Below the pieces are notes generated by a model. It did not search any database, was not told where the DNA came from, and saw nothing but the letters and a program-made list of their open reading frames with translations. Below, one piece after another: positions 52,824 through 63,936 of a DNA stretch of 64,000 bases. The first letter of the stretch is position 1. Each line of letters opens with the position of its first letter. Made by a program: the position numbers and the translations under genes. The stretch comes from Candidatus Saccharimonadales bacterium (lineage in GTDB: Bacteria; Patescibacteriota; Saccharimonadia; Saccharimonadales; EFPC-124): the NCBI GenBank assembly GCA_035710125.1, contig DASTDY010000063.1:22446-86445 (forward strand). Reading direction: 5' to 3'.

Positions 52824-52898
52824 ACCACTCCTCGGGGGTTGGTCGGACGTATCAATTATCTAGATGATAGGGGTTAAGGTCAAGCACAGATTACTGAT

Positions 52899-55800
52899 TT
52901 AGCGGCTTGCTGGGTATTGGGTTTGTATTTCCATGTAGTCTACGTCCATGGTGCGTGATGTGGTGCCAGCTGATTTTACAAGGTTAATGTTTAGGCTACT
53001 CTCTTCGCCGGCGCCGCTTGGGATACCAGACGCGACAGTACAGCTTGTTGTGCCATTAACCGTAAAGACGGCTGCTGTAGCGGCGGCATTTACGTTAACC
53101 GTTAGCCTGTACCATGATCCAGCAGCTACGGCGACGGTTGTGTTACAGGTAGTGGTTACGCCCGCTTTAACGCAAACGCCTTGCCAGTTGCCACTTTGCA
53201 CGCTGTGGGTGTAGCGGAAGAAACAGCCGTCTGTGCCATCGGTGGTAACTGAGTCGGCAAAACCGATACGCGATGTAAAGGTTTCTGTGCCATCGGAGAG
53301 GTTATTGATACGAACTACTGTCTCAAGTTGGATATTTTCACTTCCAAAGTAATAGGCTTGGCCAGGATCGTTAGTACCGACGTTTGACCATCCTGTAGTG
53401 GTTGTGCCGGTAGCGAGCCGTATAATACCTTGGTGGCCAGCTATTGAGGCAATGTTGGTATGGCTTGCGCCTGCGCCGCTGTCTTGGATACTTATAACGC
53501 TGTCCCCGGCAGTAGTTATAAAATCGTTGTCATAGCGGTAGCTGGTGCGGGTGGTTGATATACAATCGTTCCACGCGCTGTTTTCGTAACAACGCATTTT
53601 ACCTAGGCTTGAGTTATAGTACATGCCACCATTTACGCCTGTTGGGTCGCCTGCACTGGTTTTTGTGTCAAGCACAAGCAATGCGCCAGTAGTGTCGCCG
53701 GTTGGGTTGCCTATGTACATACGCGAGTTGCTTGCATCTACCACAAACTGAGGTACGCTCGCGCTGTTAAGGACACGGAAGGCGGTGGTAGAGTTACTAT
53801 AGTTCTGGAATGTCGATGCGCCCCCGTTATTAACTGATACCACCCTGCCAACTCCGGTAACATCTAATTGCAGCACATCGGCAGTCTGGCCTGAAACACC
53901 AGTGACTTTTAGGCCGACTTGGCTGGTTGAAGCCGTGGTCACATCGACGGCCGCATCCACAGGGGTCATATTTACGCCAATGCCTGCGTTTGTAACGACT
54001 AGCCGGTTTGTGCCCCCTATGTTTGAGGCTATTTTACCTGCTGCTTCGGAATTTTTGATAAAGAAATCCGTATTCGAGCCGTCCCATGAAAATCCGCCGA
54101 TTTGGTTTTCGTTGGGGCTTAAAACTGCGAGCGTTGGTTGGTGTGCGCCAGCTCGTGCGTCTAATAAGGTAATAGCGCGCGAGGTGGAATTAGCAGTCGA
54201 AGGCAACCCCATTGCAATAAGTTGCCCTGACCCGCCTGGGTCGTAGTTTAATATATTTATCATTGTATCGACAGTATTGCCCAGAGGTGTTGTGTAAAGG
54301 TCGCTAATTGAGTCTGCACTGCCGCTTAGTCGGAGGGCGCCCCTTATTTCTAGCCCTTCATTGGCAAGTGTCGGTAAGTTACTGGCGCTTAATCCAATAC
54401 CTACGCGGCCATTAGTGGTATCTATGGTGAATATGTTGTTGCCGAGCGAAGTTTTGACGTTGAGCGCTGAGGTAGAATCGAGGGCCGGTTGCATGGCAAA
54501 CGCACCTTGCAAAGTGAGTGTTTTACCGCTGGCAAAAGTAGTATCTTGCTGCATAGCTATGCTGGTTGCGTTGGTGGTACCTATGGCAAGTGCGCCGGCG
54601 GTCGCGCGGTCGAACAATGGGGCTTGCAGGGCGGTGTCGGCACGGCCAGTACCAGAAATCCAGAAGTTTGCGCTTGTTTGCTGCGCGGCGTTTTGGTTTT
54701 GAATGGCCGAAGCAGCCGAAGCTGTGCATCCGCTCGACGTACAAATTGTAACGCCGCCAATTCGGTAGGCACCGCTGGTGTTTGTGTCGCCTGTTACATC
54801 GAGTGTGTAAACGGGCGCTGAGCTGTTTCCAACGCGCACCTTGCCGCCACCTGCTGCCAAGTAGTTGTTATTTGTGGTGAATGGGCTTAAGAACAAGGAA
54901 CTGCCGCTAGCGCCATCTAAGGTTAAGTTGCCGTTAGAGCCACGGTTAGTGCTGGCAGTTATGCCGTTTGCGCCTGCCTCTTGGCTTTGCAGGATTAGGT
55001 CGCCAAAACGGCCCTGCACTATTTGGCCGATAGCAAGGCCGGTGGGGCCAACATCGAAGTCAGCAGCCGGTGCACTGTTATTTATGCCTACGCGGTTATT
55101 GCTGGTATCCACATTAAATACGCTGCCTGCCGAAGAATTTTGTATCTGGAACCCAGTTACGGCATTAGTGCTGTTTTTAAATAGTACGTTGCCGCCATTA
55201 GGAGACACGGCAAACACATCGGTACCGCTATTTTGTACGGCAAACCGGCCGTTGGTGCTACAAGTTGTGGTGCATTGTAGGTTGACTAAGAAGTTGCTGT
55301 CGGTTGCGGTGTCGGCTAGGTTAAAGGTTATATTACGGTTGTCGGTGGTGGTTATAGAGTTACCATTGTTGTAAGCAGTTTGCAGCGTTGCAGTGCTGGC
55401 ACAGTTGCCAGAGTCCAAACATACCGTACCACTTACATTTGGCAAAGTAATAGTGCGGTTGGCAGAAAGCGTAGTGGTGCCCAAGGTAACGCTAAAGTTA
55501 CTGTTTGTGCCGTCCGCAAATTTAAGGCTACCTGCCTGCGTTGTGCCGCTGGCGGCAATACGGCCGAGGGTAAGCTGGCCACTGGCATTAAATAAACTTA
55601 ATACATCGCCGCTAGAATTTTGGATTTGCAGTAGGTCGGTCGATTGCAAGGTGCCGCCCTTTAATGCAACTGTGCCGTTGGCAGCGTAGGTCAGCGAACG
55701 GCTGCCTGGCCCTAAAAGCTGCATAATATCGCCGGTTTGGCCACTGTTGATGCCGCTCACTTGCAAACCAATTTGGCTGTCTGCTTGGGTCACTACCTTT

Positions 55801-58577
55801 ACGGCTATACCAGTGTCGGCGGCTGCGCCAAAGGCAGCGGCGCCTGCTACGTCTATTTTGTGGGCGTAATGGGCGTTGCCAAAAGTATCTAGGTTGTACA
55901 CGGCAACATCGTTTGTGTCATCTACCCGAATAAAGTCGGCAGTTTGCGTGGGCCGTTGCTTAATATGCACGGTTATATCGGCGTCGTTGGCGCTGCGAAT
56001 TGCAATGTTGGCGGTCTGCGGAGTAGTCGTGTTATGGATATAGTTGCCGCTGCCGCTGCCAGGGGCATAGCCGGTACAAACTGATCCTGTAGTACACACA
56101 GTGCCAGATTCGTTAGGCAGCACAATCGACCGGCTAGCCGACGGCGTAGCGGCAGTTAGCGTTGTGGTGTTGGTATTGCTAGAATTTGCAAACACCAATG
56201 TGCCATTTAGCGAACTGCTTTGTCCTAAGACAATCTGCGCACCGCTGGTATCTACTGTAAACGCCCGTACTCCGGCAGCATTTTGCACACTAAAGGCCGT
56301 TGCCGAATTTATGCCATTTTGGAAGACGAGCGTATTACCCGTGAACGTTTGGGACGCATCTAGCTTGGCAAGGTTGGCGTCGTTAGAAAGGTTAGCCGAC
56401 GAGATTTGGGTGCCGTTGATCCTAAACTGGTTACCTGTTGTAAGGTTTAAGTTGCCGTTAACCGTGACTACCGAGCCAGACTCCGAAAGCAGGGAGTCGC
56501 CAATAACCTGGCCGGCTGTGAACTTGGCTAGCGTGCCGATCGTGCCGCCTGGTGTTGTAACGCCTCCGCCCACGCCTGCACAGTTACCAGATGTGCTACA
56601 GACGTCATATGTACCGGCTGTAACCGTAGGGAACCGGTATGAAACATTGGCAGTTGGCGTTTGGAATGTCAAAGATGTGGTGCTTGCACCGTTGGTGGCA
56701 GTAATACTCGACGACGCGTTGCCCTGTAGTAAAAAGCTCTGCCCCGTAGCTCCAATAGTGAGCGACCCTGTAGGTGTAATGGTATTTGCGTTTAATGTTC
56801 CAATCACACTCGCGCCGCCATTTAAGCTGGCAGAACCGGCGACTGCCAACGTGCCAGTAAAGCTAGCTGCGCTACTTATGGTCTGGCCATTTATGGTGCT
56901 AGCAACAGTTACAGCGCCCGCGGGGCTCACTGCAAACCGGCTGCTGCCGTTTAATTGCACGTCTAATAAGTTGCCCGTTGCACCGACGTTGGTGTTATTT
57001 ACAAGAAGCATGGCGCTGCTGGCCTCGCTACTTGTAAGTGAAAGGCGGGCAAAGGTAGGCGCAGCAGTAGTGTTGATGTCTTGAATTGTATTAATAGTGC
57101 CACTAGACGCCGAGAAGTTGGTGCCATTAAACTGCGCAATACCTTTTTGGCTGGTAGATGCGTCGTTTATAGTGATTGTCGAACCCGCTGCACTAGCGTT
57201 TGCTACAGTGAGTGCACCCGTAAGGCCATTTAAAGATGTAACGCCGCTACCACCAGGGCAAGCCGAGAACGCTGGTGCGCCTGCGGTAGACATTAAACAT
57301 AGGCCCGAACCGCCTGCTGTTACTGCAGTCAGCGCGCCCGCACCTTGGCCAATCAATACGCCATTATTAGCCAGTGAAGTCGCGCCTGTGCCGCCGTTAC
57401 CCACAGTCAGTGCCGTACCTAAAGTAAGTGATCCGCCTACGGCGGCATTGCTAGTGGTGCTGAGGCTGCCATTTACAGTGACAGTCGCGCCAGACTCAGA
57501 CAACAATGAGTCTTCGATTGTTTGCACACCGGTAAATTTGGCTATCCGTCCTGCGGTACCCCCAGGGCTTTGCACGGTTCCTGACCCCGCGCCGCTGTTA
57601 CTGATTGTTATGTTGCCAGCGCCGTCATTAGTTACGGTTATGCCACTACCTGCTGTGGCGCTTACAACGCCTGCATTTTGTAATTGCTTGTCGGGAGTGA
57701 TTGTGAGGCCAGTGCCAACTGTAATGTCGCCCGTTGTGCCGCCAAGGGAAGTAACACCGGTGTTACTGAGTGTCGTGCCATTAACAGCAATTCCTGCGCC
57801 GCCAATAAGCGTAACATTGCCAGTTTGCCCTTGAAGGCTCAATACGCCGGAGTTGCTAATTTGTCCGTTCGCGCCGTTCAAACCTTGCCCTAGTGTTACC
57901 TGGCCACTGAATCCGCTTATGCTGCGTACAATATTAGTGGTGCCAGCTACGGGCACAAATTGAGCGCCATTAAAGTAGGCAAGCTCGTTGTTGTTGGCGT
58001 CAAAATAAATCTGCCCTCGCTGTGCGTTGCTGGGCTGGGTAGATGGCGAGATTGTAAAGCCATCGTTTGCAAGTAAGGGTCCATTAACTATTAAACTGCG
58101 GGTGCCAAGCAGGGTTAGGCCATCTTGGTTAATAAAATCTTCGAGCGGAATCTGAACCGAATCAAACCGGCTTGCTACCTGGCCAGCCTCTTTTTTATTA
58201 GAGGTAAACGCATTGTAGGCGAGCCATAACCCACCAAGTACAAGCAGGCCTAGCGCAACGAAGGCGGTGTATTTTAAGATTTTTTTCCATGGGAGGGGTG
58301 TGCGCGGTCTTGGGGCGGGTGGCGGAGTAGGTGGGGTTGTTGGGGTAATTGCAGGTTCGACACTAGGTTGTGGCGGAGGTGAAACAGGTGGGATAGGCGG
58401 CGCCGGCGCAGCGGCTGGTTGTACAGGCGGGGTAGCAGGCAGTACAGGGGCAGCAGGAATCACTTGGCCGTAGCCAAAAGAAGCAGATTGCTGCGTGGCG
58501 TCATTACCCTGAACTCCCGTTGCACGAACGTCCTGAAATTTATTATCCACCGTTTTTATTTTTCTCGAGGCTCTCAT
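52899..58577 (-). CDS. Giant surface protein (~1,892 aa): Pro-rich cytoplasmic tail, one TM, long beta-rich repeat stalk, C-terminal ConA/LamG-like domain
   Basis: ATG at 58577 preceded by GAGGAG. TM YTAFVALGLLVLGGLWLAY. Module PGGT.G..AKFT..Q.I.DSLLSESG..VTVNG.L occurs twice about 335 aa apart. The C-terminal ~200 aa are jelly-roll-like. Confidence 0.85.
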   Translation of the reverse strand: MRASRKIKTVDNKFQDVRATGVQGNDATQQSASFGYGQVIPAAPVLPATPPVQPAAAPAPPIPPVSPPPQPSVEPAITPTTPPTPPPAPRPRTPLPWKKILKYTAFVALGLLVLGGLWLAYNAFTSNKKEAGQVASRFDSVQIPLEDFINQDGLTLLGTRSLIVNGPLLANDGFTISPSTQPSNAQRGQIYFDANNNELAYFNGAQFVPVAGTTNIVRSISGFSGQVTLGQGLNGANGQISNSGVLSLQGQTGNVTLIGGAGIAVNGTTLSNTGVTSLGGTTGDITVGTGLTITPDKQLQNAGVVSATAGSGITVTNDGAGNITISNSGAGSGTVQSPGGTAGRIAKFTGVQTIEDSLLSESGATVTVNGSLSTTSNAAVGGSLTLGTALTVGNGGTGATSLANNGVLIGQGAGALTAVTAGGSGLCLMSTAGAPAFSACPGGSGVTSLNGLTGALTVANASAAGSTITINDASTSQKGIAQFNGTNFSASSGTINTIQDINTTAAPTFARLSLTSSEASSAMLLVNNTNVGATGNLLDVQLNGSSRFAVSPAGAVTVASTINGQTISSAASFTGTLAVAGSASLNGGASVIGTLNANTITPTGSLTIGATGQSFLLQGNASSSITATNGASTTSLTFQTPTANVSYRFPTVTAGTYDVCSTSGNCAGVGGGVTTPGGTIGTLAKFTAGQVIGDSLLSESGSVVTVNGNLNLTTGNQFRINGTQISSANLSNDANLAKLDASQTFTGNTLVFQNGINSATAFSVQNAAGVRAFTVDTSGAQIVLGQSSSLNGTLVFANSSNTNTTTLTAATPSASRSIVLPNESGTVCTTGSVCTGYAPGSGSGNYIHNTTTPQTANIAIRSANDADITVHIKQRPTQTADFIRVDDTNDVAVYNLDTFGNAHYAHKIDVAGAAAFGAAADTGIAVKVVTQADSQIGLQVSGINSGQTGDIMQLLGPGSRSLTYAANGTVALKGGTLQSTDLLQIQNSSGDVLSLFNASGQLTLGRIAASGTTQAGSLKFADGTNSNFSVTLGTTTLSANRTITLPNVSGTVCLDSGNCASTATLQTAYNNGNSITTTDNRNITFNLADTATDSNFLVNLQCTTTCSTNGRFAVQNSGTDVFAVSPNGGNVLFKNSTNAVTGFQIQNSSAGSVFNVDTSNNRVGINNSAPAADFDVGPTGLAIGQIVQGRFGDLILQSQEAGANGITASTNRGSNGNLTLDGASGSSLFLSPFTTNNNYLAAGGGKVRVGNSSAPVYTLDVTGDTNTSGAYRIGGVTICTSSGCTASAASAIQNQNAAQQTSANFWISGTGRADTALQAPLFDRATAGALAIGTTNATSIAMQQDTTFASGKTLTLQGAFAMQPALDSTSALNVKTSLGNNIFTIDTTNGRVGIGLSASNLPTLANEGLEIRGALRLSGSADSISDLYTTPLGNTVDTMINILNYDPGGSGQLIAMGLPSTANSTSRAITLLDARAGAHQPTLAVLSPNENQIGGFSWDGSNTDFFIKNSEAAGKIASNIGGTNRLVVTNAGIGVNMTPVDAAVDVTTASTSQVGLKVTGVSGQTADVLQLDVTGVGRVVSVNNGGASTFQNYSNSTTAFRVLNSASVPQFVVDASNSRMYIGNPTGDTTGALLVLDTKTSAGDPTGVNGGMYYNSSLGKMRCYENSAWNDCISTTRTSYRYDNDFITTAGDSVISIQDSGAGASHTNIASIAGHQGIIRLATGTTTTGWSNVGTNDPGQAYYFGSENIQLETVVRINNLSDGTETFTSRIGFADSVTTDGTDGCFFRYTHSVQSGNWQGVCVKAGVTTTCNTTVAVAAGSWYRLTVNVNAAATAAVFTVNGTTSCTVASGIPSGAGEESSLNINLVKSAGTTSRTMDVDYMEIQTQYPASR

Positions 58578-58620
58578 CTGCCCGAGATAACTCCTCTCTA
58601 ATCGTATAACGCTTATGTTG

Positions 58621-58642
58621 TTTTGGCAAGCCCTTGCCAAAA
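58621..58642. other. Perfect palindromic hairpin between atpC and the giant gene
   Basis: ttttggcaag-cc-cttgccaaaa. The track's TTG start at 58640 lies inside it. Confidence 0.45.
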
Positions 58643-58660
58643 TATAGTTTTGTAACTAAC

Positions 58661-58933
58661 CTAAATTTCGTCTGGTAAATAAATAAACAACGTTACATTG
58701 TTGTCGGCGGCTTTAACAATGCCGTGCGTTACAGGGAACTTCATGGTTTGGTGGCCCGTGTTTACCGATATGTCACCATGCGTAAGCAGCGAAAAAAAGT
58801 TAGCATGGTCCGCCAAAATATCAAAAGGCCCAACCTTATTAACCGCCGACACAGACACTGCCGGCCCATCATAATATGTTTGTGCGGGCGAAATAATTTT
58901 GGCGTGTAGCTTTGCTTCGAGCGGGGCTTTCAT
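58661..58933 (-). CDS. atpC: F1 ATP synthase subunit epsilon, beta-sandwich domain only (90 aa)
   Basis: Position after atpD. N-terminal domain pattern ...SPAQTYYDGPAVSVSAVNKVGPFDILADHANFFSLL. No C-terminal helical hairpin. Confidence 0.8.
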   Translation of the reverse strand: MKAPLEAKLHAKIISPAQTYYDGPAVSVSAVNKVGPFDILADHANFFSLLTHGDISVNTGHQTMKFPVTHGIVKAADNNVTLFIYLPDEI

Positions 58934-58934
58934 A

Positions 58935-61083
<2,149 letters not shown>

Positions 61084-61087
<4 letters not shown>

Positions 61088-62508
61088 GTGCGGGCCTCTA
61101 TGCTGGTTTGGGTTAATAACTGGGTGATTGCGGTATCTATTTGGTCTTCTGATGCAATAGTTGGCGCGAGCTCACGTACCTTGAGTTTAAGCAGCCCAAC
61201 GTTTATCTTATGCTCGCCGGCTGTGGCTAAGATTGTTTCCATGAGCAGCTCTTGCTCGGCGATGCTTATGAGTTCGGTGGGGGATTGCCGCATGGCCTCT
61301 ATGAGCGATTCGCCAAGCTGAATCGCGCGCTTAGATTCAGCGGCGAGGTCAGAGCCAAAGTGGGCAAATTCTGAGGCTTGGCGATACTCGGCCAAACGTT
61401 TAAAAAGTACGGCCGAAATCTTTTTTTGGCGTGGAGTTTGGGCACGGCCGCCCACGCGCGACACAGATAGGCCTGCGTTTACCGCGGGACGGATGTTGCG
61501 CCTAAAACTTTCTAGGTCAAACACAATTTGGCCATCGGTAATAGACATTATGCTTGTTGGTAAAAACGCAGTGATATCGTCGCCAGGGGTAATTACTACC
61601 GGCAGCGCGGTGAGTGTTTTGCCGTTTGTTGCCAGGCGGCCGGCGCGTTCGAGCAGGCTTGAGTGGGCAAAAAACATGTCGCCAGGGTAAGAATCGCGGC
61701 CCGGGTTGCCGCCGCTTAGTAGCGATACTTCGCGGTACACTTTGGCGTGTGCCGATAGGTCGTCGTACACAATAATCACGTCGCGCCCTTTTTGCCATAG
61801 GTACTCGGCCATTGCACAGCCAATATACGGCGCAAGGTACGATTGCGCCAAAGAATCAAAAATATCCGCAACAATAACAATACTGTTTTTAATTGCGCCG
61901 GTGTTGGTGAGCGTATTTATGAGTTGGTCAATCTCTACACGGCGCTTGCCAATGAGTACGTATACCACAATACGGTCGGTCGTGGCCTGGTTGGTGCCCA
62001 GTTGCAATAAAAAGCTGGTTTTGCCAGATTTAGTATCGCCAAGCACGGCAATGCGCTGGCCCAGGACCACCGGAAACAGTTGGTCTACCAGCGTGACGCC
62101 GGTTGGTAGCCGGTCTGATAATAGTTGGCGTTCCATCATACCAGGAGCCTGGCGGTACACTGGCCAGGTTTCGGAATGTGCAACAGATGCGCGGCCATCG
62201 AGCGGTTTGCCCAGCGGCGTAATGACGCGGCCAATGAATCCTTCGCCGACTGGAGTGGAGCACACGTTGTCTTGCAGCACCACAAGGCTGCCTAGCGGCG
62301 TAGATTCTGACTCTAGGTTAAGTACGGTTACAACCTCTTCGCCAACCTCGCTTACTAAACCGCGCTCTCCGGATTCAAATAACACCATTGCATTAATGGC
62401 CACACCATCTAAGCCTTTTACGCTCACTAAAAAACGGTCACTGCCTATAACTTCGCCAGTTGAATTGCCTTTTGTGGCAAGGTTTTGGAACAGGCGGTTA
62501 TCAAACAT
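61084..62508 (-). CDS. atpA: F1 ATP synthase subunit alpha
   Basis: P-loop GDTKSGKTS, DDLSAHAKVYREVSLL. The ATG at 62508 overlaps the atpH stop by 8 nt. The track ORF is extended upstream in frame. Confidence 0.95.
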
Positions 62509-62980
62509 CCGATACCTCTGTAAGCCGCGATTTGTTTGCAAGCAGCCGATCTTTAAAAGAGTAGTCGTACAAGTGTGATCCAGCCTGCAAAATAATGCCG
62601 CCACCAATGTCGCCTCTGGTTGCAAACGTGAGCAGGCAGAGCGGGTGGATCTGGGTGCGGAACCACACGGTCAACTGGCGTTTGAGCGTGCGGCCTGCGG
62701 TTGCGGCCAGTGTGATGTGCATAACGGGTGCAGTTTTGAGCGCGGTGTTGAGATCGTGTTGCAGTGATTCTAGTTGGCTATCGCTGTCGGCTGCAATGTT
62801 GTTGCTATGCAAGATGCCGGTTAATGTCTCACTCAGCTCGGGTAATTCAGCCCGTTTTTGTTTTTGCACTTTTGCGCGGATTGTAAGGTCGCGCAGCTCA
62901 TTGCGGTACGTTTGCAGTTGGGCCACTGCGGTGCTAAGTTGGCTGGGGGTGTGGATATCTACCGGCACGTGCAGGCTCAC
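62501..62980 (-). CDS. atpH: F1 ATP synthase subunit delta (OSCP)
   Basis: C-terminal OSCP pattern GDIGGGIILQAGSHLYDYSFKDRL. Operon position. Confidence 0.8.
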   Translation of the reverse strand: MSLHVPVDIHTPSQLSTAVAQLQTYRNELRDLTIRAKVQKQKRAELPELSETLTGILHSNNIAADSDSQLESLQHDLNTALKTAPVMHITLAATAGRTLKRQLTVWFRTQIHPLCLLTFATRGDIGGGIILQAGSHLYDYSFKDRLLANKSRLTEVSDV

Positions 62981-63588
62981 GACAAGATATCCTTTTTAAT
63001 CTGGTCTTTGTTTGCTTCGAGTGTTTGCAGAATATAGTCGGTTTGCGCACCTAAGTCTACTTGCGATCCTAAGCTTTCGGCAATGTACGAAGATACTACG
63101 TCGTTAATGCGGTCGTTAAAGTGAGCCAGGCGCTTTTCTTGTTCGGCGGCAACTTGGCGGTCGACGTGTTCTATGAGCTCTAGGCGACGGTGATCTAGCT
63201 CTTGCTGGATTTTGCTGAATTGGTCGATTGTTTGGTCGCGCAAGGCAGAGAGGCTTACTTGGTATTTTTCGAATTCGGCTATAAGGTTAGTGCTTAGCCG
63301 GTCGTTAATGTCGGCGGCGATTTGGTCTACGCTATTGTTGAGTGATTTTTGCAAACGTTGGGCAGCGTCCTGGGCGGCTGTTTGGAGCTGGCTGCTGGCG
63401 GCTTTTTGGATTTCTGCCAGGTCTACATCAGAAAAGACTTTGGTGCCCTCTAAGTGGATCTCGTACACCTTTGGTGCTGGCCTGTGCCTTGCTTTACGGT
63501 CTTGAAAAGATGCCCAAACCAGGGTAAAGATATTCACCAGCACGAGTAGTGCAATCAGGCCAAATTGTCCGGTATCCACAAGAAACAT
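62977..63588 (-). CDS. atpF: Fo ATP synthase subunit b
   Basis: One N-terminal TM followed by a ~170-aa charged helix. Operon position directly upstream of atpH. Confidence 0.75.
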   Translation of the reverse strand: MFLVDTGQFGLIALLVLVNIFTLVWASFQDRKARHRPAPKVYEIHLEGTKVFSDVDLAEIQKAASSQLQTAAQDAAQRLQKSLNNSVDQIAADINDRLSTNLIAEFEKYQVSLSALRDQTIDQFSKIQQELDHRRLELIEHVDRQVAAEQEKRLAHFNDRINDVVSSYIAESLGSQVDLGAQTDYILQTLEANKDQIKKDILS

Positions 63589-63594
63589 CCCACC

Positions 63595-63936
63595 TTACGT
63601 TGATAAGATCAAATATATAGTAATAAGCGCAAGCAGTAAAATAGACAGCACAATAATACCAATTTGCAGCAGGCTTTTGCGTACAGAAACTTCAGACAAT
63701 GGGTTGCGTCCAATAGAGATGATGCTCGATTTAACAGATGCGTACATAAGCACTGCAATGCTCATAAATGCAAGGAGCATAATAATCGCAGCAATAATAA
63801 CACGCACTGGCGAAACCTCCTTGCCAGCGAGTCCGTTGGCAAAATCTTGTAAGAACTTGGGCAAAAATGCCGAGGCGTCCTCTGGAGCTGCGTAAAATGT
63901 TACGTTAATTTGCATGGGTATCACACCAACATTCAC
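63595..63936 (-). CDS. c-subunit-like two-helix hairpin protein in the atpE position (start uncertain; reading frame stays open to the window edge)
   Basis: Two TM helices joined by the loop SIGRNPLS (compare c-subunit I-A/G-R-Q/N-P-E). No Glu or Asp in helix 2 and no GxGxGxG in helix 1. Confidence 0.45.
   Translation of the reverse strand: MNVGVIPMQINVTFYAAPEDASAFLPKFLQDFANGLAGKEVSPVRVIIAAIIMLLAFMSIAVLMYASVKSSIISIGRNPLSEVSVRKSLLQIGIIVLSILLLALITIYLILST

Noticed and set aside
52948-57893. + strand ORFs (for example 56101-57084, 327 aa, and 57097-57834, 245 aa) inside the giant gene
   Set aside because: They are antisense shadows of a low-complexity G/T/S/A-rich coding region, with no start signals. 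The 1,892-aa minus ORF is uninterrupted.
58621-58642. Palindrome between atpC and the giant gene as a definitive rho-independent terminator
   Set aside because: The central loop is only 2 nt and there is no U-tail on the coding (minus) strand. It is kept as an unexplained hairpin, not called a terminator.
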